DNA of 37,785 bases from a virus (taxonomy: Duplodnaviria; Caudoviricetes). Below, piece after piece: positions 8,372 to 18,480 of this stretch (position 1 is the stretch's first letter; the number at the start of each line of letters is the position of its first letter). Location: the IMG/VR virus record IMGVR_UViG_3300036802_000114, positions 1 to 37,785 of that record; one strand, 5' to 3'. The notes under the pieces were generated by a model. The model saw nothing but the letters and a program-made list of their open reading frames with translations. It ran no database searches and had not been told where the DNA came from. The translations under genes and the position numbers were made by a program.

Positions 8372-9780
8372 TTATCCCGCCACCTCACTTCCACTTTTTC
8401 AATACAATCCGCAGGTTCAGCAACTATTGTATTTAGACCTGGTATCAAAGGGAAGTATTCTCCGATAAATGCTTTTTCCTTTGTGATGTCTTCGCCGTTT
8501 CTCCGTATGATATTAGTCTTTTGATCAAACTCAATAACGTCGCCAACCTTTGCTACATAAGGCACTTGATTAGCATTGACGTTATTTTGACGAAGCAGAT
8601 ATATATCATCAATCCATTGATCAACAACTGGAAAGTCAAATCTTTGAAGTAACTGAACTTGTATCTGTGCTACATCAGCGGTCACAAATTTATTTGAATC
8701 CACCCAATTGACTAAGTAAGGTGATTGAAAAACTCCATTGACCATCTTGTATATTGCGGCAGTCCACACATTGCCTATCCTCAACATCCGGAAAACACCC
8801 TGAAAGAAGGTATCATTAAAAATAGCCGGACCTGATTCTGGGATTATGTCAATTCCTGCCTGACCAAACCCAGCACGTAGTCTACTATAATAGGAATATA
8901 AATTTCCAAAGTGTTTTACCATCTGCACTTTTGCTACTACTCGATTTTGTGTATCTAGTAAGGACACCACAATGCCACCTGCTTGGTTTGCACCAGTAGC
9001 GATCATCCGAAAACCCACATCGAATCGAAAATCTTTAACAGTCGTGCCAAATGAGGTTTTCATGGAAGGGCCGTGCCAGCCTGCCCCCAACCCATAATTA
9101 TCTGAATAAAAGGATTTTCCCGATGTTTTTAGTATACCGGTAATTTCTGAATCTTCTTGCGTTTGAGCAGGTATGGTCCAGCCTGTCAAATTCGTATTTT
9201 TAAACACTTGCGTCTCTGGATCAACTGGGGTTTGTTCGACTTTAAAAGGCATTCCAATCATATTGAGTTTGTCTCCGTTTGAGACAGCGACAAATGTCGT
9301 ATCTTTTTTTAGAGTCACTTTTATGGTTGGTTCAGTTTCAGCGGTTCCATTCACTTTAAAAGATGATGCACCGTTAATTTTTATCATTTTTTCTGTCCCA
9401 TATTTATATGGGTCTGGACAAATAAATGTAATGGTTCCTTGTCCAAATTTTACTAATTCCTCTAAATCAAGTGATCCGTCCACAACTGCATAGTATATAC
9501 GATCTGGTTCATCATCAAAAATAAGTTCTTGAGGTTGGTCTGTGATTAGCCATGCGGCAAGGTCTTCTTTCAGTTTCTGAAGATTTGCCATACTATTAGC
9601 TTCGATAAAAATGTTTACATTCTCTGGTCTTGGCAGTACGTCTGTACTTTCCAGATATCCTCCTGGCATACCTGGAATCATTAGTATGTTTCTTTGAACT
9701 GGCGCCCAAGGAGGTCGTTTTCTGCCCCGAAGAATAGTTACGTAATCTTTTCGAATTCCTCTAAATGTCATCCCGGACAA
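8362..9780 (-). CDS. Distal tail protein (Dit) with an internal insertion ('evolved' Dit)
   Basis: LIFDDEPDRIYYA and ITFICPDPYKYG; C-terminal FPLIPGLNTI; 472 aa. Confidence 0.85.
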   Translation of the reverse strand: MSGMTFRGIRKDYVTILRGRKRPPWAPVQRNILMIPGMPGGYLESTDVLPRPENVNIFIEANSMANLQKLKEDLAAWLITDQPQELIFDDEPDRIYYAVVDGSLDLEELVKFGQGTITFICPDPYKYGTEKMIKINGASSFKVNGTAETEPTIKVTLKKDTTFVAVSNGDKLNMIGMPFKVEQTPVDPETQVFKNTNLTGWTIPAQTQEDSEITGILKTSGKSFYSDNYGLGAGWHGPSMKTSFGTTVKDFRFDVGFRMIATGANQAGGIVVSLLDTQNRVVAKVQMVKHFGNLYSYYSRLRAGFGQAGIDIIPESGPAIFNDTFFQGVFRMLRIGNVWTAAIYKMVNGVFQSPYLVNWVDSNKFVTADVAQIQVQLLQRFDFPVVDQWIDDIYLLRQNNVNANQVPYVAKVGDVIEFDQKTNIIRRNGEDITKEKAFIGEYFPLIPGLNTIVAEPADCIEKVEVRWRDKWR

Positions 9781-9785
9781 AGAAA

Positions 9786-12700
9786 CTACCTCCCTTCAAA
9801 CCTTGTTTTTCTATCTATGTTAAATTCTTGGAAACTAGTAATATCATCTACCATCCACTGCGCTAGTTGTCGTAGATCAGGTGTTACTACTTGGATGATA
9901 GCAGGTTGTTTGGCTTGTTGTGATTCCATTACCTTAGTGCCATTGCTTTGACTACCAAAACTACCAACGCCAATCATCGTTGGTGATAAACTCATTCCCA
10001 CACTCATATCAGTTGATAATCCTTTAACTGCATCGGTAACTAAACTCTTACTGTTTTCAATTCCTTTTGCCAACCCACTCATAAAATCAGGCATCCAGCT
10101 TTCATAGTCTACCAATGGACCTTCATCAGGAACGCTAAAATGTAAAAACTTACGTATATCCTGTGCTACTCCTTTAACAGCATCACCAACAGCATGTGCA
10201 GCATTCTTAATCCCTTTCACTATTCCGTTAATCATATCAGCCCCCCAGGTAAATGCTTCTCCTGGTAAGTCTGTTATAAATTTAATAGCAGAATTGAATC
10301 CTGATTTAATAACAGAACCTAAGGTAATTAAAATGGAGTTAGAACCATTTTTCAAACCAGTAAATATATTAATACCAAGATTATATAGAGTACCTGGAAG
10401 ATTTATAAAGAAATTTAGCAACCCATTCCAGATATTTATAGCTCCTTGTACGGTACTATTAAATATAGAAACAGCTGCATTTTTAAGACCGTTCCAAGCT
10501 GCTGTGGCACCGTTTATAATTCCATCCCATAATGCACTTATAAAATCTTTAAACCCATTCCAAATGGTTTTAGCTATATTTACAATTCCATTCCATTCCA
10601 TTAATAGAAATCCTGCAATTGCAGTGACCACACCAGTAAATACTAATTTAATCCCGTCCCATATTTGCGCAAATGCTGCCTTGAGACCATTAAATATTTT
10701 TTCAGCATCTGTTTTTAATTCTCCAAAGTTCCCAGTTACCAAATCGCATATTAAAAGTATAGGACCTAAAAAAATTAATTTAATCGCATTCCAAACTCCG
10801 GTAAAATATAACTTTACTCCATCGAAAATTATCGCCACTCCTGCTTTTAAACTATTAAATATATTTGTTATTCCTGAAATAAATGGGGTTAATATTGCCA
10901 TTACTCCAGAAACGATCCCATTCCACACCGAGGAAAAAAAATCTTTAATACCATTCCATATATTTTCTGTAGTTGTTTTTATCCCTGTCCATAAACCACT
11001 AAACCATGCTGGGATACCAGTAAAAAAACTAACCAATGAATTCCATGCGTTGGGAATAGTGACAGTGAAAAAATTAGCGAGTGCATCGATTGTAACTTTT
11101 GTTGCTGCTTTTATACCCTCCCATAATCCAATCCAAAAGTTTCTGAATCCCTCACAATGCGTCCACAAATACGCAAATCCAGCTACTAAAGCTAATACAG
11201 CTAAAATAGTAAGGCCAATAGGGCCCATCATAAACTCTATGGCTGCACCTAATCCAGCTATAACTGGTGTTGCCGCTGCTGCTCCACCGGTTGCTACTGC
11301 AATCGCCCCGCTAATTACAGTAAACGCACTAACGGCCGCCCCAACTACTGTCGCTATACTGCTTATCGCAAATGCTAATGGAGCGATCCCAGCTATTAAA
11401 GCCATTACTACTAATATGGTCTTTTTCGTCCCATCACTAAGCCCTGCAAATTTTTCGCCTAGTGCTTTAGCTTTTGTCGCTATATCAGATAATATAGGGG
11501 CGAGCGTCGCCATTATGGTATCTCCAAGCCCTGCACCAGCTATTTTTAACGCATTAAAGGCTATTTTGGCTTTATCTGTGCCTGATTCTATGCCTTTATA
11601 TGTGTTTTCGACTGCACCTTTGCTATTTTTCAAGGCTTCGACATAGTCCTGGACCTCAAACCTTCCACCCTGAATTGCGTCCGCGAGATCCGGGCCTGCT
11701 TTTTGTCCGAACACATCTATTGCCATTGTTGTCGCACTCGCTATATCCGGGCATTTCTTTATTGCATCAAGTGTTTTTTCAAATTCCTGTGTACTATCTT
11801 TACCATCTGCAGCCCAGCTACTTATAGCTTTCTTCATACCAGCGAACGCTGTTTCGGTGTTTACTCCGGCTTTTTCCCATCCAGCAACATCGCAATACTT
11901 GTATCTGTATCGATCCCAAGTGCCCTCATAGGTGCGCCGTACTTAGCAAGATTAGTTGTTAAACTGTCCATACCTATACCGCTCTTTTGCGCTGCGACCA
12001 TTAATTTATCAAGTACAGTTTTATATTCGTCTGATTTAATGCCGGCATCACCCATCGCTCTACTAACTAATTGGATAGCTGAGTTGACATCCATATTATT
12101 AATTGTTGCGAATGATAAAAACGCATCGCCTGCATTTTTTAATTTATCACCAGTAAAACCAAGTCGTGTATTAATTTCACCGATTGCCGCGCCGACATCT
12201 TCCATGCTATCAGGGACCGAGCTTCCCAGATCTTTATACACCTTTTCTAGGTCTTTTGCTGTTTTACCTGTTGCTCCAGTTTTTTTAATTACTGTATCCA
12301 TACCCTTGTCTACTTCGGTAAATGCCGCAATTGCACCTGTAGCCACCCCCCCGATTGCAAGTGTTACTGGCATCATTGCTTTACCGACTTTGGCAGCGCC
12401 TTTGGATATTCCATCAGCGGTTTCGGATATTCTGTTTAAGGTTGAGTTACTTTCCGCTGCAGCTATTTCTAGCCTTCTGAGTTCCGCCTCTGTATTTACG
12501 ACTTCTCTTTGTAATGCGCGATATTGTTCCTCGCTAATTTTACCCTCTGCAAACTGTGCTTGCGCCTGTTCTTCAGCGGTTTTTAATGCTCCAAGTTTTT
12601 CTTTTGTGTTCGTCACGCTTTGTGCTAATAGCGTCTGCCTTTGAGCGAGTAGGTCTGTATTTTTAGGATCTAATTTTAACGCTTTTTCTACTTCTTTTAA

Positions 12701-12808
12701 TTCACTTTTTAAGTCTCTACTTGTTTTGTTGACACCTTTTAAGGCTTTATCAAGTGGGCCAGTTTCTCCGCCAATTTCAACAGTTATCCCTTTTATATTG
12801 TTTGCGAT
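9786..12808 (-). pseudogene. Tape measure protein gene, frameshifted at ~11886 and starting with ATC
   Basis: Frame open from ATC12808 ((I)ANNIKGITVEIGG..LDKAL, a typical TMP N-terminus). Restoring one T at 11886-11887 gives IAMFAGWEKAGVNTETAFAGMKKA, continuous with the 683-aa ORF bearing W/F-periodic repeats. Confidence 0.85.
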
Positions 12809-12846
12809 TGTTCACACCTCGCTTTTTTACAAATAAAAAACACCTA

Positions 12847-13122
12847 TCATTTGCCCATTTTTTCTCTTAGGGCCTTACGATTCGGTGTCGTTTGTTCCAT
12901 TCTCCAACAATTTTCAAGGTACTTATTGCCTTCTTCACTCTGCATGTGGTTGAATATTACCGCATCTCTTAAAAGTAGCCAATACTCGAATACTTCTAAC
13001 TCATCTACTCGATCGAAATCATAGCCTGTATACTTGCAGACTATTTTTTCCTCGATTGTATTTACCGAATAATGCCCCTCATTACTATTTCCGTCATCGT
13101 AATAAGGGATTTTTAGTTTTTT
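12847..13122 (-). CDS. -1 frameshift extension of the tail assembly chaperone (gpGT-like)
   Basis: Slippery A AAA AAC (13116-13122) directly before the stop. The -1 frame is open for ~89 codons (LKIPYYDD...YWLLLRDAVI...YLENCWRMEQT) to TGA at 12847-12849. Confidence 0.85.
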   Translation of the reverse strand, partial: KKLKIPYYDDGNSNEGHYSVNTIEEKIVCKYTGYDFDRVDELEVFEYWLLLRDAVIFNHMQSEEGNKYLENCWRMEQTTPNRKALREKMGK

Positions 13123-13409
13123 GATGTTTTTTCTTTACCAAGCCATTCGAAATAAGCTGTTAAAATATCGCTCATTTGGTCAAGATCTAACTCATCAATT
13201 ATTTCAGAAGGAACGACATATTTCTTTTTATTTTTACTTAGTATCATACGCACCGCTTCTGCTAGATCATCAATAGCATCCTCGTCACGGGATTTTGACA
13301 AAGATGTTATTTTTTTTAGCACCTTTAATTTAGGTGGCTCTACTTCTAACTTTAGATCATTTAATTTAATGACAAAATATCTCCTGTTTACGGTGCTTAT
13401 ATCGAACAT
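13113..13409 (-). CDS. Tail assembly chaperone (gpG-like)
   Basis: Between the major tail gene and TMP; ends in the slippery site. Confidence 0.85.
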   Translation of the reverse strand: MFDISTVNRRYFVIKLNDLKLEVEPPKLKVLKKITSLSKSRDEDAIDDLAEAVRMILSKNKKKYVVPSEIIDELDLDQMSDILTAYFEWLGKEKTSKN

Positions 13410-13453
13410 TACTTAACCTCCAAAAAGGGCGACAAAGCGCCCTCTTATATTTT

Positions 13454-14005
13454 TTAAACTGTTGGAATATCTTCTTCATAAATAATTTTTGTACCTTCAT
13501 TATCCATTGGCATTGCTTTAAATTCAGCGTCAACGATCGTTTCTTTGTCTTTAAGAAAATTAAAACTAAATCCAGCTTGGTTATTACCAACGATCGTAAC
13601 TCTTATGTCACCGTCAATAGTGTCTTTATGCACAAATCGAATAACGTACTGCTTCCCATCTTGCATTCCTACGCCACCAATTTTAACGGTTCTTTTTCCT
13701 GCAGCTTCAGTTACTCTTGCAGTTGCACAAAGTTTTTCTAAAGTATTGCCGTTCCAAGTCATGATGCCACTTTTTAAAATAACTTCTTCTTCTGTTAAAA
13801 TTGTTTTACTGACAAGTCCTAAATCATCAGTGGCCTCATAAAATTTTGGTTTATATTCTAGTGTTGCGCCGCCCTGGATAAGTCCCAAAAGTTTTGCGTC
13901 CACTTCTAAAAGTACATCTGTCGGAATAGTCTCACCAACAAACTCATCAATATATAATTTACCGCTACCAAGTACGATTTTTTCATCGGCTGTCGCCATA
14001 TACAT
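13454..14005 (-). CDS. Major tail tube protein
   Basis: IVLGSGKLY...GGATLEYKP; size and synteny. Confidence 0.8.
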   Translation of the reverse strand: MYMATADEKIVLGSGKLYIDEFVGETIPTDVLLEVDAKLLGLIQGGATLEYKPKFYEATDDLGLVSKTILTEEEVILKSGIMTWNGNTLEKLCATARVTEAAGKRTVKIGGVGMQDGKQYVIRFVHKDTIDGDIRVTIVGNNQAGFSFNFLKDKETIVDAEFKAMPMDNEGTKIIYEEDIPTV

Positions 14006-14011
14006 AACCCC

Positions 14012-14332
14012 CTAAAATTTTTCAACTAAAGTAAAATCATAAACAGTCTCGAACATCATTTCAGTGTCTAGCCATATCCGATCTCTTTTAAATTCGATAG
14101 CCTTTTTATTTAATAAATCCTCAATCAATTCTTCTGACGGGTGATCCACTTTTAAACCATACAATTCTATGCTGATATCTCTGCTCACAATGCAATTCTT
14201 ATCATCTGCTCCACTAACATCATTATTTTCCGTAAAAATAATGTAAGGCAAAGGAGGCGGTTTTAAAAATCGTTCCTCTGATACTTTTAATCCAGTGGTT
14301 TCTAACCACAGTTTAACGTCCAGCATTTTCAA
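14012..14332 (-). CDS. Tail terminator/completion protein
   Basis: PPLPYII..GADD..IELY; synteny. Confidence 0.7.
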   Translation of the reverse strand: MKMLDVKLWLETTGLKVSEERFLKPPPLPYIIFTENNDVSGADDKNCIVSRDISIELYGLKVDHPSEELIEDLLNKKAIEFKRDRIWLDTEMMFETVYDFTLVEKF

Positions 14333-14702
14333 TCGCCTCCCTTGCTAATTCTTCCATTCTTCTTTTAGCCAACTCTTCGCCGTATATAATGTGTGGAAAA
14401 GCTCTTGTCCTTCCACCACCTATTTTTGCATGTCCTTTTTCAAGCAAGTGTGTGAGCCTATAATGGCCATCCTTCACATGCCATGTATACCCTACATTGT
14501 ATTTAGACTCATAACTTTTTTTAATCTTAAAAGCTTTTACGTATTTTCCGCTATGCTCTTTAAAGGTAACGTGTTTTTTTATTTCTTCGTTTACTTCATT
14601 TGCAACCACATTTGCAGCCTTTTTAATGCCATCTGTAATATCTTGAGAGTAATTACTCATATACTCCATTATCATATTTGCCATCTCGTCAGGACTGCTC
14701 AT
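14313..14702 (-). CDS. HK97 gp10-like protein
   Basis: YRLTHLLEKGHA..GGRTRAFPHI motif. Confidence 0.8.
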   Translation of the reverse strand: MSSPDEMANMIMEYMSNYSQDITDGIKKAANVVANEVNEEIKKHVTFKEHSGKYVKAFKIKKSYESKYNVGYTWHVKDGHYRLTHLLEKGHAKIGGGRTRAFPHIIYGEELAKRRMEELAREAIENAGR

Positions 14703-15025
14703 ACTCTAACCTTATCTAGCGTCAAGTCGATACATGGCGGATTGGTATCATATATTTCTTGCACCATTTTAACTCCATAAACGACACTATCGATTTCGAC
14801 ATAATCATAGTTATCAATGCCTGGTAAGAGAGGAATCCTTATCACTCGATTAATGTCAATCTGCCGTGCTGATGCTTCAAAAAATCGTTTGAAACCTAGA
14901 ACCCGTTTAGAAAATCCTAGGTTAGTATATTTGTTAGGTAGTCTTTCATCCTCGTAATCATTAGAAAAGATATTACAAACCCCATCGTTAAAGGCAACGA
15001 ATTCTGTTTCTGTTTTTATTTTCAT
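14699..15025 (-). CDS. Head closure protein
   Basis: FNDG N-terminus; synteny. Confidence 0.7.
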   Translation of the reverse strand: MKIKTETEFVAFNDGVCNIFSNDYEDERLPNKYTNLGFSKRVLGFKRFFEASARQIDINRVIRIPLLPGIDNYDYVEIDSVVYGVKMVQEIYDTNPPCIDLTLDKVRV

Positions 15026-15318
15026 TCCGCCACCTCATCTTCGGTTACATTTACCTGGCTATCAACATGCAAGCTTAAGAGTTCAGATGCAAAGTTCTTT
15101 TCCCACATTTCCAAAGCCTGACTGTTTGCATAACGGACATAATCAAATAAAAGAGACCTTGGTAAATTTTCTTCAGAAAAATCAAGAGACGCACCAGCAA
15201 TTGTTTGCAAGCGCGCCATCCCTCTTTTAATCATACCTGTTAAATTCTTGTCTGTTTTTTCATCGACCCACGTGATGTGTAAGTAGCTTTTAATGCTTTC
15301 TAATAATTCTTCGGGCAT
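15022..15318 (-). CDS. Head-tail connector (gp6-like)
   Basis: LLESIKSYLHITW.D..D; follows the capsid gene. Confidence 0.78.
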   Translation of the reverse strand: MPEELLESIKSYLHITWVDEKTDKNLTGMIKRGMARLQTIAGASLDFSEENLPRSLLFDYVRYANSQALEMWEKNFASELLSLHVDSQVNVTEDEVAE

Positions 15319-15333
15319 TTAAACCACCTCGAT

Positions 15334-16524
15334 TTAAGCTTGTTCTTTCGTCTTGACTACATTCTTGACAGATACTTCAAGTTCAGCTGGTTTAAGACCG
15401 GAAATATCAGCAAGGATAAATGCGTTATCATCTAATGCTCTTCCATTTCCGTAAAGTTTAGTAAGGTAAACACGTTCATCGTCTAAAAATCTAAAGTCAT
15501 CAGAAAATTCAACTTTGCCTCCGTTCGTTCCTGCACCAATCCCCATGAAATACTTATCTGCTAATCCAAAGATAGCCGTACCTTCACCTACTGCCGATGA
15601 CTGAATTGGATTTGTTGGGAAAGGGAATACGTTGTGAGAGTAAGTTCCATCTGCGGCCCTCACAGTAGTAGCTGGGAATACTTTTGTAAAATAGTCCTTA
15701 GGATTAACGATCATAAGTACCTCAGAAACTGCCCTTGTCTTTCCATTAGGAGCCTTTACTAATTTACCAACAATCGCACCATATGTCGTAGGGCTAAAAT
15801 CTACAACCGCTAAAGCATCTTTCTTCGGATATACGCCACCAGTTACGGTAACATCATCCGCAACACTTCGATCCATACCAATAGGCTCATCTTTACCAGT
15901 TCCGGTAATAATTGCTGTTTCCAACGCTAGTGCAATTGCTTCGGACAACACTCCGCGAACATAGGCATCAATCCAAGCAGGGCCTACTGCTAACATATCT
16001 TTGCTGATTGGCATAAATGCCGATAATTTGCAAAGTGTTAAATCGATCATTCCGATGGCACCAGATAATTCTTTAGTTATTTTAGAATTTAAAGGACCCC
16101 AAACTGCTAACTGCGCACCCTGTTTATTAACGATCATCTTTGTTAAAAGAGTTGTGTTAGTAAAATTGATTGCAGCTAAAAGTGGATGTGCTTCTTTAAT
16201 GTCTGCAATAACATTATCGATCACCGTTTCAGGAAATGCTGCATTGAGCCCAGCAAACGCTTGTTGTGGGTTATTTGATTTAAAGGCACCGATAATACCC
16301 TGATAGAATTTATCTTCAACTGCAGTTAACTGGTGTACTCCACGCTTAGCAAGGATATTGCTATCCGATGTTTGCTGATAAGCTTTAAATTCTTCCATTA
16401 CGTTTTCTTGGATAGCTTCAGCAAAAGGCGTAAAAGCCTGGGCAATTGCGTTTTCATCTGTACTTTTAAACGCAGCTACCAAATTGTCTTTTAGTTCTTG
16501 TAAAATTAAGTCTTTCGATTTCAT
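15334..16524 (-). CDS. Major capsid protein, HK97 fold
   Basis: KLSAFMPISKDML, IITGTGKDEPIG; synteny. Confidence 0.93.
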   Translation of the reverse strand: MKSKDLILQELKDNLVAAFKSTDENAIAQAFTPFAEAIQENVMEEFKAYQQTSDSNILAKRGVHQLTAVEDKFYQGIIGAFKSNNPQQAFAGLNAAFPETVIDNVIADIKEAHPLLAAINFTNTTLLTKMIVNKQGAQLAVWGPLNSKITKELSGAIGMIDLTLCKLSAFMPISKDMLAVGPAWIDAYVRGVLSEAIALALETAIITGTGKDEPIGMDRSVADDVTVTGGVYPKKDALAVVDFSPTTYGAIVGKLVKAPNGKTRAVSEVLMIVNPKDYFTKVFPATTVRAADGTYSHNVFPFPTNPIQSSAVGEGTAIFGLADKYFMGIGAGTNGGKVEFSDDFRFLDDERVYLTKLYGNGRALDDNAFILADISGLKPAELEVSVKNVVKTKEQA

Positions 16525-16526
16525 AA

Positions 16527-17303
16527 TTAAATTACCTCCGGTTTTTTATTAAATGCTTCCATAAGTTTTTCAGCATTCGTTTTTTGCGCCACTGGATCTT
16601 CAACTACTTTTTGCTTCTCAATTGTAAATTCTTTAAGTTGTGCTGAAAGAATCTTATTGTAATTAATCTGTTGTTCAAGTGTTTTATTCATTTTTTGCAT
16701 CATTTGCTTTGCAGTGGTTAAGTCAACTTCTTCTGCGATTACTTCATCCGCTAAGCCAAGTTCAAGACATTGTGCTGCAGTCAGCCACTTTTCATTGTCT
16801 AAGATTTCAATTAGCTTTTCCTCTGTTAATTTACCACCAGCTTTTTCAAGGTAGGCTTGTCTGTTTCCTGCCATCATAACGTCCATATCGTCAGCTGCTT
16901 TTCTTAATTGCTTTGAATTTCCTACCGCTACATTCCACATATTGTGGAGCATTTGAGTAGTGTTAGAGTACATTTTTACAATGTCACAACCAGTTAAAAT
17001 AAAACTAGCAGCACTGGCGGCAAACCCATCAACTATTCCTGTAACAGTAGCACTGTGTCTTTTTAGTTGATTTCTTATAGACATCGCCTCAAAAACAGAA
17101 CCTCCAAAACTATTACAATATAAATTAATGCTTTTCACATCTTGGTATTTTGCTAATTCCTCTTTAAAGTAATTTGCAGATGTTTCACTTACGATTTTTT
17201 CATCGTTCCACCAGTCATAACCATCAGCTTCGACATTACCATATATATACATATCTAATGCACTGGGATCGTTTGCTGATTGTTTCAATTCCCAAGTTTT
17301 CAT
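16527..17303 (-). CDS. ClpP-like prohead protease
   Basis: NSFGGSVF, DGFAASAAS, MLHN, EKWLTA..LGLAD. Confidence 0.93.
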   Translation of the reverse strand: MKTWELKQSANDPSALDMYIYGNVEADGYDWWNDEKIVSETSANYFKEELAKYQDVKSINLYCNSFGGSVFEAMSIRNQLKRHSATVTGIVDGFAASAASFILTGCDIVKMYSNTTQMLHNMWNVAVGNSKQLRKAADDMDVMMAGNRQAYLEKAGGKLTEEKLIEILDNEKWLTAAQCLELGLADEVIAEEVDLTTAKQMMQKMNKTLEQQINYNKILSAQLKEFTIEKQKVVEDPVAQKTNAEKLMEAFNKKPEVI

Positions 17304-17330
17304 TTAACGTTCTCACCTCCTTTAATTTCG

Positions 17331-18467
17331 TCATAAAGTTTCAATCTTATCGTAATTCTTTGTGATGTAATGCTGTTTGCTCCATTCGGTATTCAATGCA
17401 ACATCACCACTTTTCACTCGTAACTCATCAATGCTGTAACCACCTGATGCGATCAATTTATCAAAAGCCTGTGATATGCCAAATAAATCGACATGTTTAA
17501 TACAAGTAGTATCGATTTGTAAATACGTACCACCTAAATAGGCCTTTTTACCGAACCTTTTTCGGTTAATTTCTTCGCCCGTCATGTCACATAAAGGGTC
17601 AATGCAAAAGGTAAGATAATTGTCAGTCGTCGCCCCGATATCTGCTATATCGCCGCGCAATAATGCCGATGGAATTTTAAACGCCTGGGCAACTCTTTCA
17701 AATATTTCCTTTGTTATAGCCCCAATATCAACAATTTCACTTGTTGATTTCTTGCTACCTTCTCCACCTTGTTCTTCGTATTTGAAACCTTTGTGTAACG
17801 GCAACACAGCATTTTCAGATTCAAAGTATTTTTTGAATCTGTTATTCATCAAATCATCAAATTTTGCTTGGAAATTTTTATCACCACTTGCTGTGGTATC
17901 AATGTCTAGTATCCCTTTTCTGCCGCCACTACGCTTGTACTTACCAATCGACATATTTACGAGATTGTTATAGCCAATCATCAAGTTTGATAACAACTCT
18001 CTTATATCCGCATTTCCTAATTTAAAATACATAACCTCTGACATTTTAAAAGTACGGTTAAAGCTCCATGTACCTTTTGTTACATTGTCAAAATAATTTT
18101 CCTTAATCGCAAATTCGTTTTGGGAAAAACTATCTGCAATGATTAGCTGACCATTAACATCCAGTACCAAGCATTCGTTGTTAAATAATAATTTGGAAAC
18201 GAGTTCCTGCAAGAATTGGCTTGAGTTTTGGTTTTTATTCGGTTCGATATTCCAAAGATAAAATTCATCGCCTTTGTTTTCGGTGCCTTTGGAGTATGTT
18301 TTAAATTCACACTTTGAAATAGAGCTGGCGATTAGATTAATAGCAGAATAGATTGCAAACATTTCTATGGCCAACTGCTGTTCTTTAGTTGCTATGGCAC
18401 TTTGAGTTACGCTGATTGTTGTTTCACCGACACCAAAAAACGACTTTACCCAGTCTGTAAACTTCAT
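17331..18467 (-). CDS. Portal protein (HK97 family)
   Basis: AINLIASSISK, LWNIEPN.NQ, VAQAFKIP; GGGGGTG RBS favours ATG18467. Confidence 0.92.
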   Translation of the reverse strand: MKFTDWVKSFFGVGETTISVTQSAIATKEQQLAIEMFAIYSAINLIASSISKCEFKTYSKGTENKGDEFYLWNIEPNKNQNSSQFLQELVSKLLFNNECLVLDVNGQLIIADSFSQNEFAIKENYFDNVTKGTWSFNRTFKMSEVMYFKLGNADIRELLSNLMIGYNNLVNMSIGKYKRSGGRKGILDIDTTASGDKNFQAKFDDLMNNRFKKYFESENAVLPLHKGFKYEEQGGEGSKKSTSEIVDIGAITKEIFERVAQAFKIPSALLRGDIADIGATTDNYLTFCIDPLCDMTGEEINRKRFGKKAYLGGTYLQIDTTCIKHVDLFGISQAFDKLIASGGYSIDELRVKSGDVALNTEWSKQHYITKNYDKIETL

Positions 18468-18480
18468 GTTCATCACCCCC

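Noticed and set aside
1624-9951. Many short + strand ORFs over the lysis and tail genes
   Set aside because: Fully antisense to well-supported genes.
11861-11900. Programmed frameshift within TMP
   Set aside because: No X XXY YYZ heptamer at the inferred switch point; a simple deletion or sequence error is more parsimonious.
10294-12644. Long + strand ORFs (450 aa and 313 aa)
   Set aside because: Antisense shadows of the tape measure gene; no RBS or recognisable motifs.
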